This document shows positions 1 to 13,519 of a stretch of 64,000 bases of DNA, in pieces (within the stretch, counting starts at the first letter, position 1; every line of letters begins with the position of its first letter). The notes below the pieces were generated by a model, which made no database searches, was not told the DNA's origin, and saw only the letters and a list, made by a program, of their open reading frames with translations. The DNA lies in the NCBI GenBank assembly GCA_002104945.1, contig MCFH01000063.1, forward strand, positions 62,001 to 126,000, given 5' to 3'. This DNA comes from Piromyces finnis finn. Lineage: Eukaryota > Fungi > Neocallimastigomycota. A program made the translations under genes and the position numbers.

Positions 1-359
1 TTTTACATATTGCTCATGCTGGTAACAATATTCATGGTAAAAAAGGCTTACTAAGTAATGATCCATACAGTGAAATGATATCTATAAATAGTAAAAAAGG
101 AAATAATAATAATTTATATAATAAAATGAATCCTGAATCAATCTGGGATCCATATTGTGTTTTCCCTGATCCATATTTAGTTTACGATCGTAAACTCTCA
201 AAGAATATAAGTAAAAGTCGTAAAGCTCGTCCTTCTAGTGTTAAAAAGACATTAGGTTCAAGTTCACTTTCCTATAGAAAGAATTTTGAAGAAAATAATG
301 AACAAATAGATGCACCAAAAGCAAGAGGATTAGTTGCTAAAACGAAACACTATGCATAA
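1..359 (+). CDS. 3' end of an unidentified protein-coding gene entering from upstream of the window
   Basis: The frame of ORF 75..359 is open from base 3 (LHIAHAGNNIHGKKGLLSNDPYSEM...) to the stop at 359. GC is higher than in the flanks. No recognisable domain. Confidence 0.45.
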   Translation, partial: LHIAHAGNNIHGKKGLLSNDPYSEMISINSKKGNNNNLYNKMNPESIWDPYCVFPDPYLVYDRKLSKNISKSRKARPSSVKKTLGSSSLSYRKNFEENNEQIDAPKARGLVAKTKHYA

Positions 360-799
360 TTACTTTTTTCTCTGCTAATATAGATTTTTTAAATATATAT
401 ATTTTTATAAGTTATATATATAGATAAGTAATCAACTATACAAAAGATGTTTATTTATTAAGTTTTTTTATTAAAAAAGAAAAAAGTTACAATAAAAATA
501 TATTCATTTAAGAATATTAATGAATATATTCTTATTGTAAAAAAATATCTCTAAATTCATTATATATATTATAATGAATTTAATTTACTATTAATAATAT
601 AAATTCTATTATACATTCTTTAATTTATTCTTGTTTATATAGAGATAAAAAAATTAAGCTAGATATTCAAAATCTAAAAACTAAAAAAAGAAAATTCTAA
701 TAAGATATTTAAATACATTGATATTTTTTTTCTAAATAATAATAAAAATATAAAATTATTAAGTTTAAATATTTTTTATTATATATATTTATAAATACA

Positions 800-922
<123 letters not shown>

Positions 923-1119
923 ATTAAGCTAATAAGTTATAGTATTTTAAAATAAATATAGCTATATTTTTGTTATTTAATGTTGTTATTTACAATTTTT
1001 TTTTTTTTGAAAGTCTTATTTTGTTTGTTTTGTTATATTTTTTTAAATTATTAAATTGTTATAAAATATAATGCAAGATAATATGATATAATAAAGCAAT
1101 TTCAATAATTATTTCTTAA

Positions 1120-1671
1120 TTAATTATCCATTGAGTGAATTGGACAAATACCATCGACCTTTCTATAATCATACCACCTATCAATGCATTCTTTATGAAA
1201 TATACAAAGACAATCTATTCTGGTGATTGTTTGTCCTAATTTATTAAATATTTGTTAAATAATATTGTTAATTTAACTTTTGTTCATTATATATATATTT
1301 AATATATAATGAAAGTTTACCCTTTTGGAACTCTTCAAAACAGATTTGACATTCACCGCTTAAATCGTGATCTAGCTTTTGTACTATAATTAGTTGTTAA
1401 AAATATAAAAAATATAATAAATATACATGTGTTATAGAATAAACTTTGAAAATAATTGTAATAAAAAGAAATAAATAAATAAAATGATGAACATAAAAAA
1501 TATCAATCTACAGTAACAAATATATATATATATCAATTTTTTTCTTTTAAAATTATTATTTCTATTACTACCACTACGACTATTATTATCATTATCATTA
1601 AAATTATATAATAAAAATTCCTTATTAAAATAGTTTTCATCTTTTTTTTTTTTTACTCTTCTTATCTTTTC

Positions 1672-1702
<31 letters not shown>

Positions 1703-4217
1703 AAATCATATACATTATTTATAAATAAATTATTATGTAAAAAAGAAATAATATATAATATTCTGTATTTTATAATTTTTCTTTTTCTCAGTCCTTTTAT
1801 TATTATTATTATTATTATTCCTTCATTGATAACATGATAACATATTATTAATTATATATTTGTATATGCATTATATTTTTATTAATAAATAATATATAAA
1901 AATGAATTAATATGCAAGGTTACTAACATTCAAATTTATTGCCTAATTTTACTTTATTTAATTCACCATCAACTTGATCCAAACAAGTTTTAAGATGATT
2001 TTCGATGCTATTTTGATCAGAGCCATATAGACTAAGTGATTTTCCACATACTGGACATTCTATTAATTCATCATCAGACGAATTAATATTTTCTTCATCT
2101 TCTATCGGTAATGAAATATTTCCATCAACTGCATCAAGTTTTGCTTTTGTTAAATTTTTATAACAATCTTTGCAAACTCTTAGTGGTTGTGAATTGCTTT
2201 TTAATTTAAATTGATAATTAGAACATCTTGAACAAAATACTTTTCCACAATTTCTATATAAAATATAAATATTAATTTATATAATTTTTAGTGTATTTAA
2301 TAAATAATGGCTTATATTAATCTAATTTAAACTTTATAAAAAAAAACGTTTATATTAATGTATTAATATAAATATACATATATATCTACCTGCAATGATG
2401 TCTTCTATTAAATAATGAAAATTTCGATTTACAACTGTTGCAAAGCGGTGCATTTTCATCTTTTTCCCATTTAGTAGAAGTCAAAGGTGATATTAAACTT
2501 TCTGAAGATGAGGAATGATTTAAAATATTTTGTTGATTTTGACATTCTTCGTTATTATTATTATTATTATTATTTGATGAAGATTCATTTAATCTTTTTA
2601 ATTTTTCTTTTAAAAATTCGGCTTTTTTGAAATATTCTTCAATTTGACTTGATATTTCTTTAGATTCTATAGTATTATTTTCTATGCCTTTAAATTATTA
2701 TGATTTATTTATTTATTGCAATTATTGATATATTTTTTATTAATTAAATTAATGAATAAATTATAAATTTATCTATCAAAATATTAAATAAAATATGAAA
2801 TTACTATATAAATACCTTTCATAATTTTAAGTAAACTTTCAATTGCCATTGAATATTTATTAAATTGTCCTTCTATTACTAAAATATTTGTTTCATTGTT
2901 AGAAATATAATCCCATGGATATTTTTCTTCATTTACAATATCTTTAGCATTTAAAAGATATTGCCTAATTTCATTATTATCATTTATTGATTTATCATTT
3001 TCAATGCTATCCATTTGAACAACGTTTTTACCTTTTATATTATTATTATTAAGCATAATATCGTTATTTTTGAAACGATTATTGCTGTTGTTATTGTTAT
3101 TTGAACTTGAGCCTTCATCAATTCTACTAATGTTATTATTATTATTATTATTAATATTAATATTATTATTATTATTATTAGTAGTAGTAGTAGTATTGGT
3201 GTTATTCATTTGAACATATTTTCTTTTTCGAATACGAATCCAAATTCTTCTTCTCACACAACCTACAATTGAAGATAAACCTTTAATAGGTTCATTATAC
3301 CAATTTTCAGGTTTTTCATCAAATGATTTAGCATATTGCCAACCATCTGTTTGATTAATATTTGGACTTTTTAAATCAATATCCCAATCTGTCATCCAGA
3401 ACCATCCATTTGATTTTGGTAATAATACATCATCTTTTGAACATGGAACACCATGCTTATTACTCCATGGCCCACATTTATCATTTTTTTGAAGATTTTC
3501 ACTTGAAAAGGTATTTAATACAGAAGACCGTTGATTTTCATATATCATTTCTATAGCAGTATTATGAACAATTTGTTCTTTATCTATTATATATAATTAA
3601 ATATATAATATATATATATAAGGTATATTAAAAAAAAAAAAAAAAAAAAAAGATACCAATTATATAAAAATAGAAATTTATCACTATTAAAAGAAAAGAG
3701 AGAAATTTACTTAATTTAAGTTTTTTTACATAGTTTATTTCATAATTTTCTAGCATTGCACAAATATAACGTTCACTATTTTGTGCAGCTATATCATAAG
3801 CCGTTTCTCCAATATTATTTTTGACTAAAGGATTTGCTCTTGTCATAATTAATAATTGAATAATGTCTAAATATCCTTTTGAACATGCAATCACTAAATT
3901 TTATATCATTTAATACATTAAACAATAGGTTTTAATTTAAAGAAAAATATACATATATATATTATATATATATAAATTATGTTTTTTCTTTCTTAAAATA
4001 TTTACTTAATGGTGTTTGACCAGTAATATTTTGTGAATTTATATCAGCTTCAGAATTAATTAATAATTGTACAATATCACAAAAACCACGACTGCAAGCA
4101 TTATGAAGTGCTGTCCAACCTTCACGATCTTTAAAATTTATATTTGCTTTTTTCATTTTTAAGAAATTAACTATATCTTTAAATCCATTGTATGAAGCTT
4201 TAAGTAACGGTGTCTAA

Positions 4218-4258
<41 letters not shown>

Positions 4259-4661
4259 ATTATTAAAATTTTTTAATAAATTGAATAAAAAAATAAGTAA
4301 TTCTTCAATTTTTATTAATAATACTTACTTCTTTTTCATTATCAACAATATCAATTAAAGCATTTTGTTCTTCCACAAAGTATTTTACTATATCAAAATG
4401 ACCTTTTATTGTGGCTAAATGTAATGGATATAAACCACCAGTAGTTTTAATTTGATTTATAACATTTTTATATTTTGGAAAAAATTTTTTAACTAAAGAA
4501 ACATCCCCAGATTTAATTGCTGAAAAAAAGGCATCATCTGTAAATATTAGTAAATTTGAAGAAATGTTTGAATATTGTAAATGATAATTTCCATAATATT
4601 CATGTTGAATTCCTGGTAAACATGGTGTTACAAATTCAGGAATATTAAATGGTTTTTCCAT
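1120..4661 (-). CDS. Multi-exon ankyrin repeat - DysF (Pex24/TECPR-like) - FYVE - C2HC Zn finger - RING-H2 protein, a Pib1-like E3 ubiquitin ligase
   Basis: GT-AG exons that join in phase: 4661-4329, 4213-4006, 3893-3711, 3583-2816, 2687-2390, 2253-1924, 1383-1321, 1235-1120. Ankyrin repeats: YPLHLA, TPLLKA, WTALHNAC, TPLMIAC, ETAYDIA. DysF-like: WFWMTDWDID..TDGWQYA..VRRRIWIRIR. FYVE: WEKDENAPLCNSCKSKFSLFNRRHHCRNCGKVFCSRC..RVCKDC. Zn finger: CPVCG..HLKTC. RING: ECQICFEEF..RIDCLCIFHKECIDRW..CPIH. Extra micro-exons in 1384-1923 cannot be excluded. Confidence 0.85.
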
Positions 4662-6311
4662 TTTTATTTTAACTTTTTTTTTTTTTTTTTTAATATTTAA
4701 GTTGTTTGTTTATATATTTTATATATTTATGATTTATGGGATATCGTTTTAATTCTCTTTCTTTTTTTTTATCTTTAGTAATAAATGCTCTTAAGAATCT
4801 TTATAAAAATTTTAAAATGTGTCTTCTTTTTTTTTTAACAATTGCATTATTATTTATATTTTAATAATAAAAATTTAAAAATATTTATTAATAATTTTTT
4901 AACTTTTAAAATTATTTAAAATTAAAATTATATAAATAAAAAATTAAACCTGAAAAAAAAAATTATAAGCTTATGTTGAAAATGTGAAAATGACAATAAT
5001 ATTTAATGAATGATTAAACAAAAAAAAGAAAGAAAGAAAGAAAGAAAAGGTAAAACTATAAAGTAATGAAAATAAAAAAAATGTCTGATTTTAGTATTAT
5101 TATTATTATTATGAAATAAGTGTATTTTTAAATAGTAAATGTTTTTTCTCAAATTCATTAAATATTATTCTATTAGATTATTCACTATTTTTTTGTATAA
5201 TAAAATAAAATAATATTTGATGTTTTTCTTTAATGACAAATTATGGATTATAATAAAGAATAATTATAATAAATTTTAATACTATCACAAAACTTTCATA
5301 TCATTGTTTTTCTCTTTTTTCATTTTTATATGAATCTTATATAAATATTCTTATTAAATCCCTTTTTTAACATTTATATATAAAAAAATATTAAAATCAT
5401 TAAACATATCTTTATAAATATATATATATATGTATAATTAAAAATAAAAAGATATATATTTATTAGAAGAATATATAATTAAATATGTTTTTTAATGGTA
5501 TAGTATATATCAATTAATAAATATGTTAGATGGAGTAAGGATTTTAAATTAGTTGTTTGTTTCATATAAAATATTTTTTTTAAAAAAGTATATTCATTTT
5601 AAATTGATATATGAAAAAAAAAAAAAAACATATTTAAATCATTTCAAAAGTACCAATTCATTAAATGAAAAAATATAATGGACTCTTTTTTTTTTAAAAA
5701 AAAAAAATATGGACATTATTTTAAATCAAGTGTAGTCCTATTTTATAACATTTGTTAATTTAATAAAACCCAAGCAAGATTTTAATAGTTTATATATATA
5801 TAATTAACCTTATAAATTCATAGTCATATATAATTTATATGATACTTTAATAATATATAAATTTAAATTAACAATAAATAGTGCTTCTTTTTTTTTCTCA
5901 TTAATATTTAGTTTTGCTTATTATAATAATATTCATAGTTATAAAACTTAACATTGTTTTTCTTATTGAATTAATATGAAAATCAAAAACTCTTATCTAC
6001 TTTTAAATAGCAAAAAAAATCTTTTTTATTTTTTTGTGAAAGTATCTAAAGTTAATAGAATAACATAATGTATATATTGAATTCTGAATTTATAATAAAA
6101 ATAGTATCATTTAAAAAATTAATTTTAATTTATTACATATAATAAAGTATGAAACTTTAGATATTTGATATGAAAACAAAATGATATTTTTAAAACTTAA
6201 TTATCAAAAAAAAAAAAAAAAAACTCAATATGTATAAGCTGTTCATATATATTAAAGTATTATAAACTTTGTCATATTAAGAAAATAACTAATTCATATA
6301 AAAATACAAGA

Positions 6312-6836
6312 TAACTATTACTATTACTATTACTATTACTATTACTATTACTATTATATTACTATTACTATTACTATTACTATTACTATTACTATTACTA
6401 TTACTATTACTATTACTATTACTATTACTATTACTATTACTATTACTATTACTTTACTATTACTATTACTATTACTATTACTATTACTATTACTATTACT
6501 ATTACTATTACTATTACTATTACTATTACTATTACTATTACTATTACTATTACTATTACTATTACTATTACTATTACTATTACTATTACTATTACTATTA
6601 CTATTACTATTACTATTACTATTACTATTACTATTTACTATTACTATTACTATTACTATTACTATTACTATTACTATTACTATTACTATTACTATTACTA
6701 TTACTATTACTATTACTATTACTATTACTATTACTATTACTATTACTATTACTATTACTATTACTATTACTATTACTATTACTATTACTATTACTATTAC
6801 TATTACTATTACTATTACTATTACTATTACTATTAC
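6312..6836. repeat. Long (ACTATT)n hexanucleotide microsatellite, about 520 bp, with few interruptions
   Basis: Seen directly in the sequence. Confidence 0.95.
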
Positions 6837-8544
6837 CGATTACTGTAACTGTTACTATTACTAACTAAATAAGATTTTAAATCCACATTAAACTTATACC
6901 AAAAAAAACTTTAAAATTTTTATTTATAATAAATTAAATTTTTAATATTTAGTTTGAAAATAGTATTAAATAAGATTTTGTTCAGCAACTTTAAAATGTC
7001 ATTTTATTTTTATTTAATTAGAAATTAATCATACTTTTGTTTCAATTATAAAAAAAAAATATATATATATAAGCAAAAGAAGGATAATTCTTATTTTATT
7101 ATTAATAAAACATGCTTTTATTTTTTAAGATAATGTCAAAATAAAATGTCTATAATTACTTTATATAAACCTTTTATTATTATTAAAAAATATAATATTA
7201 TTTGTTATTTATATAATGAAAAGAAACATTTAAATATTTTCAATATATTGGAAAAAATATTAACTTTTGACATAACTCGGTTCTAATTTCCTTTTTATGT
7301 ATTAAACTTAAAAAATTAATTTATTTAAATATAATATTAGCTATAATAAAAATAGAAAGCAAAGAATTAAAAATACATGAATAATAATACATTTATATAT
7401 CTTTTAATAATTATAAACTATGTTTTGTTTGTTTAATGAACAATTTATATAATACTAGGTATAAAGAGTATAAAAATATTAAAGTATAATAAAATATAAA
7501 TATAAAATATTATAAATAAAAATAATGAAAGAAAATATTTACAAAGCATAATGTTATGTTAAAATTTTATTATTTAAATTAATAAAATAAATTTATGTTC
7601 ACTTAAATTTTTAATCTTGTGAATTTATTAACGCCTCGATTTACTTTAGTCACGTTATTACATGACTATTTTAATTTATTTTATGTAATTATTAATAAAA
7701 ATATTTTATTAATAATTAGAGTTTATTTAATATTTCATATAAATACTCTGAAATAATTACTAGAAAAAATTTTTTGATATTATATTAAATTTATTTATTC
7801 ATTTTTAATTTTCAAATTATAGTATCTTTATATATCATTCATTATTATTTATTAATATATAAATTATTTCAATACAATCTTATTCTAGTAATAATATGAA
7901 TATAATAAAATAAATATAGAAACATTAATAAAATAAAAAATAACATTTATTTATGTACAATAATTTCCCGTGATAACCATAATCTAAGTATACGCCACAA
8001 CTATAAATTTTTATGTGAATCTATAGTAAATAAATCTATAAATCTATGAATTTTATGTCATTATAAATTTACCAATTTAATTTATTATTTATATTTTTTC
8101 ATATAAATAAAGTTTATATTAAAACGTTGTTTTTTTTTTATGAAGATCATTGACAAATTCTATTTTAGAACATTAATTTTACACCAATACTTTTATTTCA
8201 TACATAAAAATTGTTTGAAATTTTTATTTTTTTAATATAATTTATGTTGTGTAACACTAAATAAATAAAGATCTGAGATTATCCCAAACTTTATTTTTAA
8301 CTAATTTTTCTATTATATCCTTTTTTATTCAATTTTTTTGATTAAAAATGATATTTAATAAATTAAATTTTTTAAAAAACAAAACAAAACTAATAAAATC
8401 TTATTAATTAATAAAAAATTTTAACATATATTTAAATTAAAAAGAAGGTAAAAAATGAATATATAATAGTAAAAAAAATATCCATTTTTTTAAATTTATA
8501 TTCTTGTAGATACCAATACCAATGTAAATAGAAATAAAAAAAAA

Positions 8545-10046
8545 ATGCAAGGAATTATTAGATATGCCTTATCAAAATCAAATTTAAGTACTGAAATAGA
8601 TACCTATCAAGAAATAGGTAATGGTTTTATAAGAAATGCTTTTTTCCCATGGGTATTCCTTCTCTTTTTTACTTTAAATAGGAATAACTGGAAAAGAACA
8701 GTTAATCTTGTTCTAATTATTCATTGGATATTAAGATCATGTGGTGATATTATATTTGCTTTTATTCCATTGAGACCATATGTAGAAGGTCATTATTGGC
8801 CATTTAGTACAGATAATTGGTATAAAAGTTGTGCATTAGGTAATGTTTTTTGGTTATCCGGTGAAATAATTGCAGATTGGTATCCATTATTAAGAACTAA
8901 AGCGGTTACTAACAACAATAAAAGAAAAATTAAATATGTGTATATAACATGTATTTCATACAATATTATAAAAATTATTAATATTTATTGTTATTACGTT
9001 GGTTATCCGATAGATCTTCGTCAATATGACGAAAATGGCAATGCTGTAAAAGATTTTGCAATGTTTAAACTTAGATGGTGGTAGTTATATTTATTATGAA
9101 TATTATAAGTTGTGCATACGATATTTCAGTTATTTTATCTTTAAGAAAATGTATTTTCAATAAACTAAAAGAATGTTCAAAACTCTCCAAGAATACATTT
9201 ATTTCAAGATTCAAACAAATATCTGAATTTCGTATTATATGTTCTATGATTGCTTCAATTATTTTTTTGCCAATAATTATGTTATTTATAACTTATTTAT
9301 TACATACTATAAATGAAGCAAAGATACAAAATAAAGCAGATGTTCCTTCTGATGAAATTTTTGATTACCTACGTCGTGTAGTCATTGACGTTAATTATAA
9401 TTTAATGTACATTGATCAAATTTTACTTAAATGCTTTGTAGAACGTAGTAATACAAAGGTATCAAATTCTTATTCATCCCATCCTTCATCTTCACATCAA
9501 GGTAATTTTAGCAATCATTCAATGAAAACAGCTTATTATGATAATAACAATACTATGGATTATGGTCAAAGTTATAATAATTCAAAAGCATATTTATTAG
9601 ACAATAATACTGATACTGATATTGACATCTATAAAGATCATTATGATTATAAATCAAAATTTTTGGATAACGACGATATGTATTACCCTAAAAATAGTAT
9701 GTATAATAATAAAAAGTCAGAATATGCTGGTTATAAAATAAGTAAATATGATAAAAATTATGATAGCCATGATTATTACTCAAAAAATAATAACTACGAT
9801 AATTATAAATCGGAATATATGGATCATACTGAAAATAGTAAATTTGCAAGAACCCTAACATTAACAGAAGAGTCCAAACCAATATCTACAGATCATTTTC
9901 CAATGAAAAAATTCAGTAATTCATATAATAATTTAAATCTTAAACCAATTATTAAGGATGAAAGACGTAATAAGCATGAAAATCCTTCACATGCTTTAGA
10001 AGGGTATTATTATAATAATAATTATAAATATACAACATATTATTAA
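8545..10046 (+). CDS. Putative seven-transmembrane (GPCR-like topology) protein with a long N/Y/D/S-rich C-terminal tail, split by a 1-nt frameshift near 9080
   Basis: ORFs 8545..9084 and 9075..10046 join if one G is restored in AGATGGTGG(G)TAGTT, giving FKLRWWVVIFIMN. About seven hydrophobic segments span the two ORFs. There is a possible upstream intron at 8448-8509. Confidence 0.7.
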
Positions 10047-10407
10047 GGCATATTTAATATTTTTTTTTTTTAAAAAAAAAAGAAAAAAATACAAATTAAT
10101 TTGTATTAAATTGTTATATCAAATGGATAAAAAGGATAATATAAGAAAAATATAAAAATCTTAAAAAATTATTATTAATATTAAAATTTAAAAGTATAAG
10201 TTTTAAATATTTTTCATTAATATATATATCATATAAAACATAATTATTAAAAAGTTTATATATACTTTAAAAAAAAAAAAAAACATATAAAATGTAGATG
10301 ATTAGAGAATATGAGATATTTGAATTTTAGTCAATGTATTTTATTGAGATTAAAACTATTTAATTATTTAACTATATAATATTTAACTATATAATAATTT
10401 ATTCAAT

Positions 10408-10442
<35 letters not shown>

Positions 10443-12093
10443 AATAGAAAAAAAAAAGTAACATAGATTTATAATAATATTTTTTATTTATATATAAATG
10501 TCAATTTTAATTATAATTTAAAATTTCAAATAAAAGATAAAATAGAAATGATATAAAAAAAAATAAATGTCTAAGAAAAGAAACTTTAAATTTTATAAAA
10601 GTTTTTTTAAAAAAAGTTTTATAAATACTTCATATTTACGAATAAATAATGAATAAATAAATTGCATTTATTTAATTTTAAAAAAGATAAACTTTCTTTA
10701 CAATTTATATTCATTTCTATATTAATATTCATTTATAATAAAGGTTAATATTTATTGTAAATGATTATTTTAAGGTATTTTTTAACTTTTGTCATAGGAT
10801 AATAATTAAAAGATATAGATAGTTAATATTATTTGATAACCATTAATTATCTTTTTTTTTTTTTTTTTTACTAATAATAAAAAGGTTTATTATTAATTAA
10901 TATTTATTAATTTTTTTAATTTAATTATTAAAACGAGTCATGGCTCTCGGTGCATATAAATAATTATTTTATTTTATTCTGTTATTAATAATAATTTTTA
11001 ACCCTTTAGCATTTATTATATATTTATTCACTTTATAATTTTATTTTATTTTTTTTTTTTTTTTATAAAGAAATATTACCAAACTTACACAGATTTCTTT
11101 ATTTTAAAAACGTTATTGTATTTCTTAACAATTATTCGCTCTTCCCTTCAAAAATTCATTAATTCATCTATAAATTAAACTTTGAAAATTCTAAATTATT
11201 TTAATTAATGTTCTATAAATTCAAATGTTTATAATTGCAATTAAGATTTATTAATTAACTTTAATTTTTATAGTTTACTACAAAAAAAAAAAAAGTTGGT
11301 AGGTGTAGGTAGGTTGAAATGAGGGAATAAATGAGGTATATATGTATATAAAGAGTATATAACATTTATATTTATATATTTAATATTTATAATATAAAAT
11401 CTTAATTATATTTTATTATTAATAATAATTAATAATTATTTATATGAATTATATTTATAATTATTTATAGTAAACATAATATTTACTCTCTAATTACTAA
11501 AATAGTTTAATAAAAAAAAAAAAAAAGTAATGATGACTTTATTTATTATAGCATTCTTTTAATAGTTTTGTAATAAAATTTTAATTTAAAATTTAATGTA
11601 TTATATTGTTATTTTTAAAACGAAATAATATAAATTAAAAGGATTATTTTTTAAAATTATCTCTATTATTATCTTTTTAATAATTAATATTTATAATTTC
11701 GTCTAGATTTAAACAAATAATAAATAGCATTGTTCAAAACAATGACAATATATATTAATACAAATGAAAATTTATTTAATTTGTTTAATTTGTTTGGATT
11801 TTATATATATAACAAGTTTGGTATATAAAGAAATGAAATCTTCCTAATCTAAAATATTATATATTTATTCTAGGTAGTATATATAAAATTTATTTCAGAC
11901 AAAAAGTCAGATTAATGAATATAATTGAAATTAAGAAATAATTTAATATTATAATATTAAAATATATCTTAAAATACAATTGAAAAAAAAAAACATCAAA
12001 AGCAAATTGTAAATAATTGAAAATAATCAAACTATAAAATTTTATAAATACAAATATTTTTTTTTTATTATTAAAAAATTAATAAAAAACAAA

Positions 12094-13047
12094 ATGAAAT
12101 CTATTCTTGGACTTTTATTAGTTTCATCGTTATTACTTAATAACGTTAAAGCTTCAATTCCAAAATGTAATGAATGTTCTGTCTTTGCTACTGGTAAAGA
12201 TGGTACTCTTTGGGGTTGGGAAGAAGATTCCTTCTGTAAGCTTCCTACAAAATGTAGTAGTAGTAGTAGTAGTAATGGAAGTGCTACCACAAAAACTTCT
12301 ACCATTAAAAAAACTACTACAGTAATTAAAAAGACAACAACTATAAATAAGAATGATTCTTCTTCTTCTTCTTCTTCAAGTAAAACTACAGTTCCAACAT
12401 CTTCTGTTACTGCTGCTGTAGCTTCATCAGCTACGGCAACCTCCTCTTCTACAGCTTCTAATGCAGCAGCCACCACAAGTGGTAATGCCGCTGCTAATCA
12501 CAAAAAGAATGAAGCTGGAAATTATATTTGTAATGGTTGCTCAGTTACCGCTACCGGTGGTGATGGTATGTTGTGGGGTTGGGAAGATGAAGAATCTTGT
12601 GTTATTGATACTGTTCTTTGTAAATTAAATACATCCACTACTTCCACAGCAGCAGCAGCAGCAACTTCCTCTAATGCTCCTGAAAGAGGAAGTGATGGTA
12701 TTTTAATTTGTAGTACTTGTGAATATACAAGAATTGATAAAGATACCACTACATGGAATAAAGAAAATGGTGAAGATTGTAGAGTTATCAGTTCACGTTG
12801 TGGTTTTAACAAAACTCCTCATCCATGGTGTAGTGGTTGCGTTGTTACAGGTACAGGTAGTGATGGTGCATTATTCGGTTGGGAAAATAGTGCTTCCTGT
12901 TTAATTAATGAAATTACTTGTGGTTTTGTTCAAAATAATAAAATTAATGGTAATTCCAAGGTTGAAACTGAATCCAGTGCAGCATCTCAATATTTAATAA
13001 GTATTTATTCCATCATTATTACTGTCATTGCTCTTTTAATTATTTAA
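12094..13047 (+). CDS. Secreted, probably GPI- or membrane-anchored protein made only of four fungal dockerin (CBM10-like) modules and Ser/Thr/Ala linkers
   Basis: Signal peptide MKSILGLLLVSSLLLNNVKA. Four repeats of the type CxxCxVxxTGxDGxLWGWExxxxC (the third is divergent). The C terminus has small residues (SSAAS) followed by a hydrophobic tail (LISIYSIIITVIALLII). No catalytic domain. Confidence 0.85.
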   Translation: MKSILGLLLVSSLLLNNVKASIPKCNECSVFATGKDGTLWGWEEDSFCKLPTKCSSSSSSNGSATTKTSTIKKTTTVIKKTTTINKNDSSSSSSSSKTTVPTSSVTAAVASSATATSSSTASNAAATTSGNAAANHKKNEAGNYICNGCSVTATGGDGMLWGWEDEESCVIDTVLCKLNTSTTSTAAAAATSSNAPERGSDGILICSTCEYTRIDKDTTTWNKENGEDCRVISSRCGFNKTPHPWCSGCVVTGTGSDGALFGWENSASCLINEITCGFVQNNKINGNSKVETESSAASQYLISIYSIIITVIALLII

Positions 13048-13185
13048 AAATTATAAAACAAATTTATCTTTTTATCAACACCATTCCAAGAAAATGTAAA
13101 TATTTTTTTAAAAAATCAAAATGAATTTTTTTTTTTTTTTATTTAAAAAATGTAAATATTTTAATTTAATCTAACTAATAAATAA

Positions 13186-13289
13186 AATAAAATAAATACA
13201 TATTTTAAAATATATGTGTATATTTTTTGCTAAATACAATAAAATAAATACATATTTTAAAATATATGTGTATATTTTTTGCTAAATAC
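13186..13289. repeat. Tandem duplication of a ~52-bp unit
   Basis: AATAAAATAAATACATATTTTAAAATATATGTGTATATTTTTTGCTAAATAC occurs twice, head to tail. Confidence 0.85.
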
Positions 13290-13519
13290 GAAAGTGTTAA
13301 AATTATTTTACAAAGCAAATTCCAATATTTTAATAATGGAAAAGGCATCATTCATGATATTTCATTCTTAGAAATATAAAAAAAAAAATGAAAAATAATA
13401 TTTTTGAAAAAAGTGATTATTTTAAAAAAAATATATATATATTTTTCAATTTGGTTATTTTATTTTAATTACATAAAAAAATAGAATAAAAAGAATATAA
13501 AATAACTGAAAATTAATTT

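Noticed and set aside
6312-6836. (ACTATT)n as a telomere
   Set aside because: It is internal, has no G-rich strand, and has ordinary genes on both sides.
12042-12904. ORFs 12042..12476, 12522..12812 and 12719..12904
   Set aside because: They are shadows of the dockerin gene.
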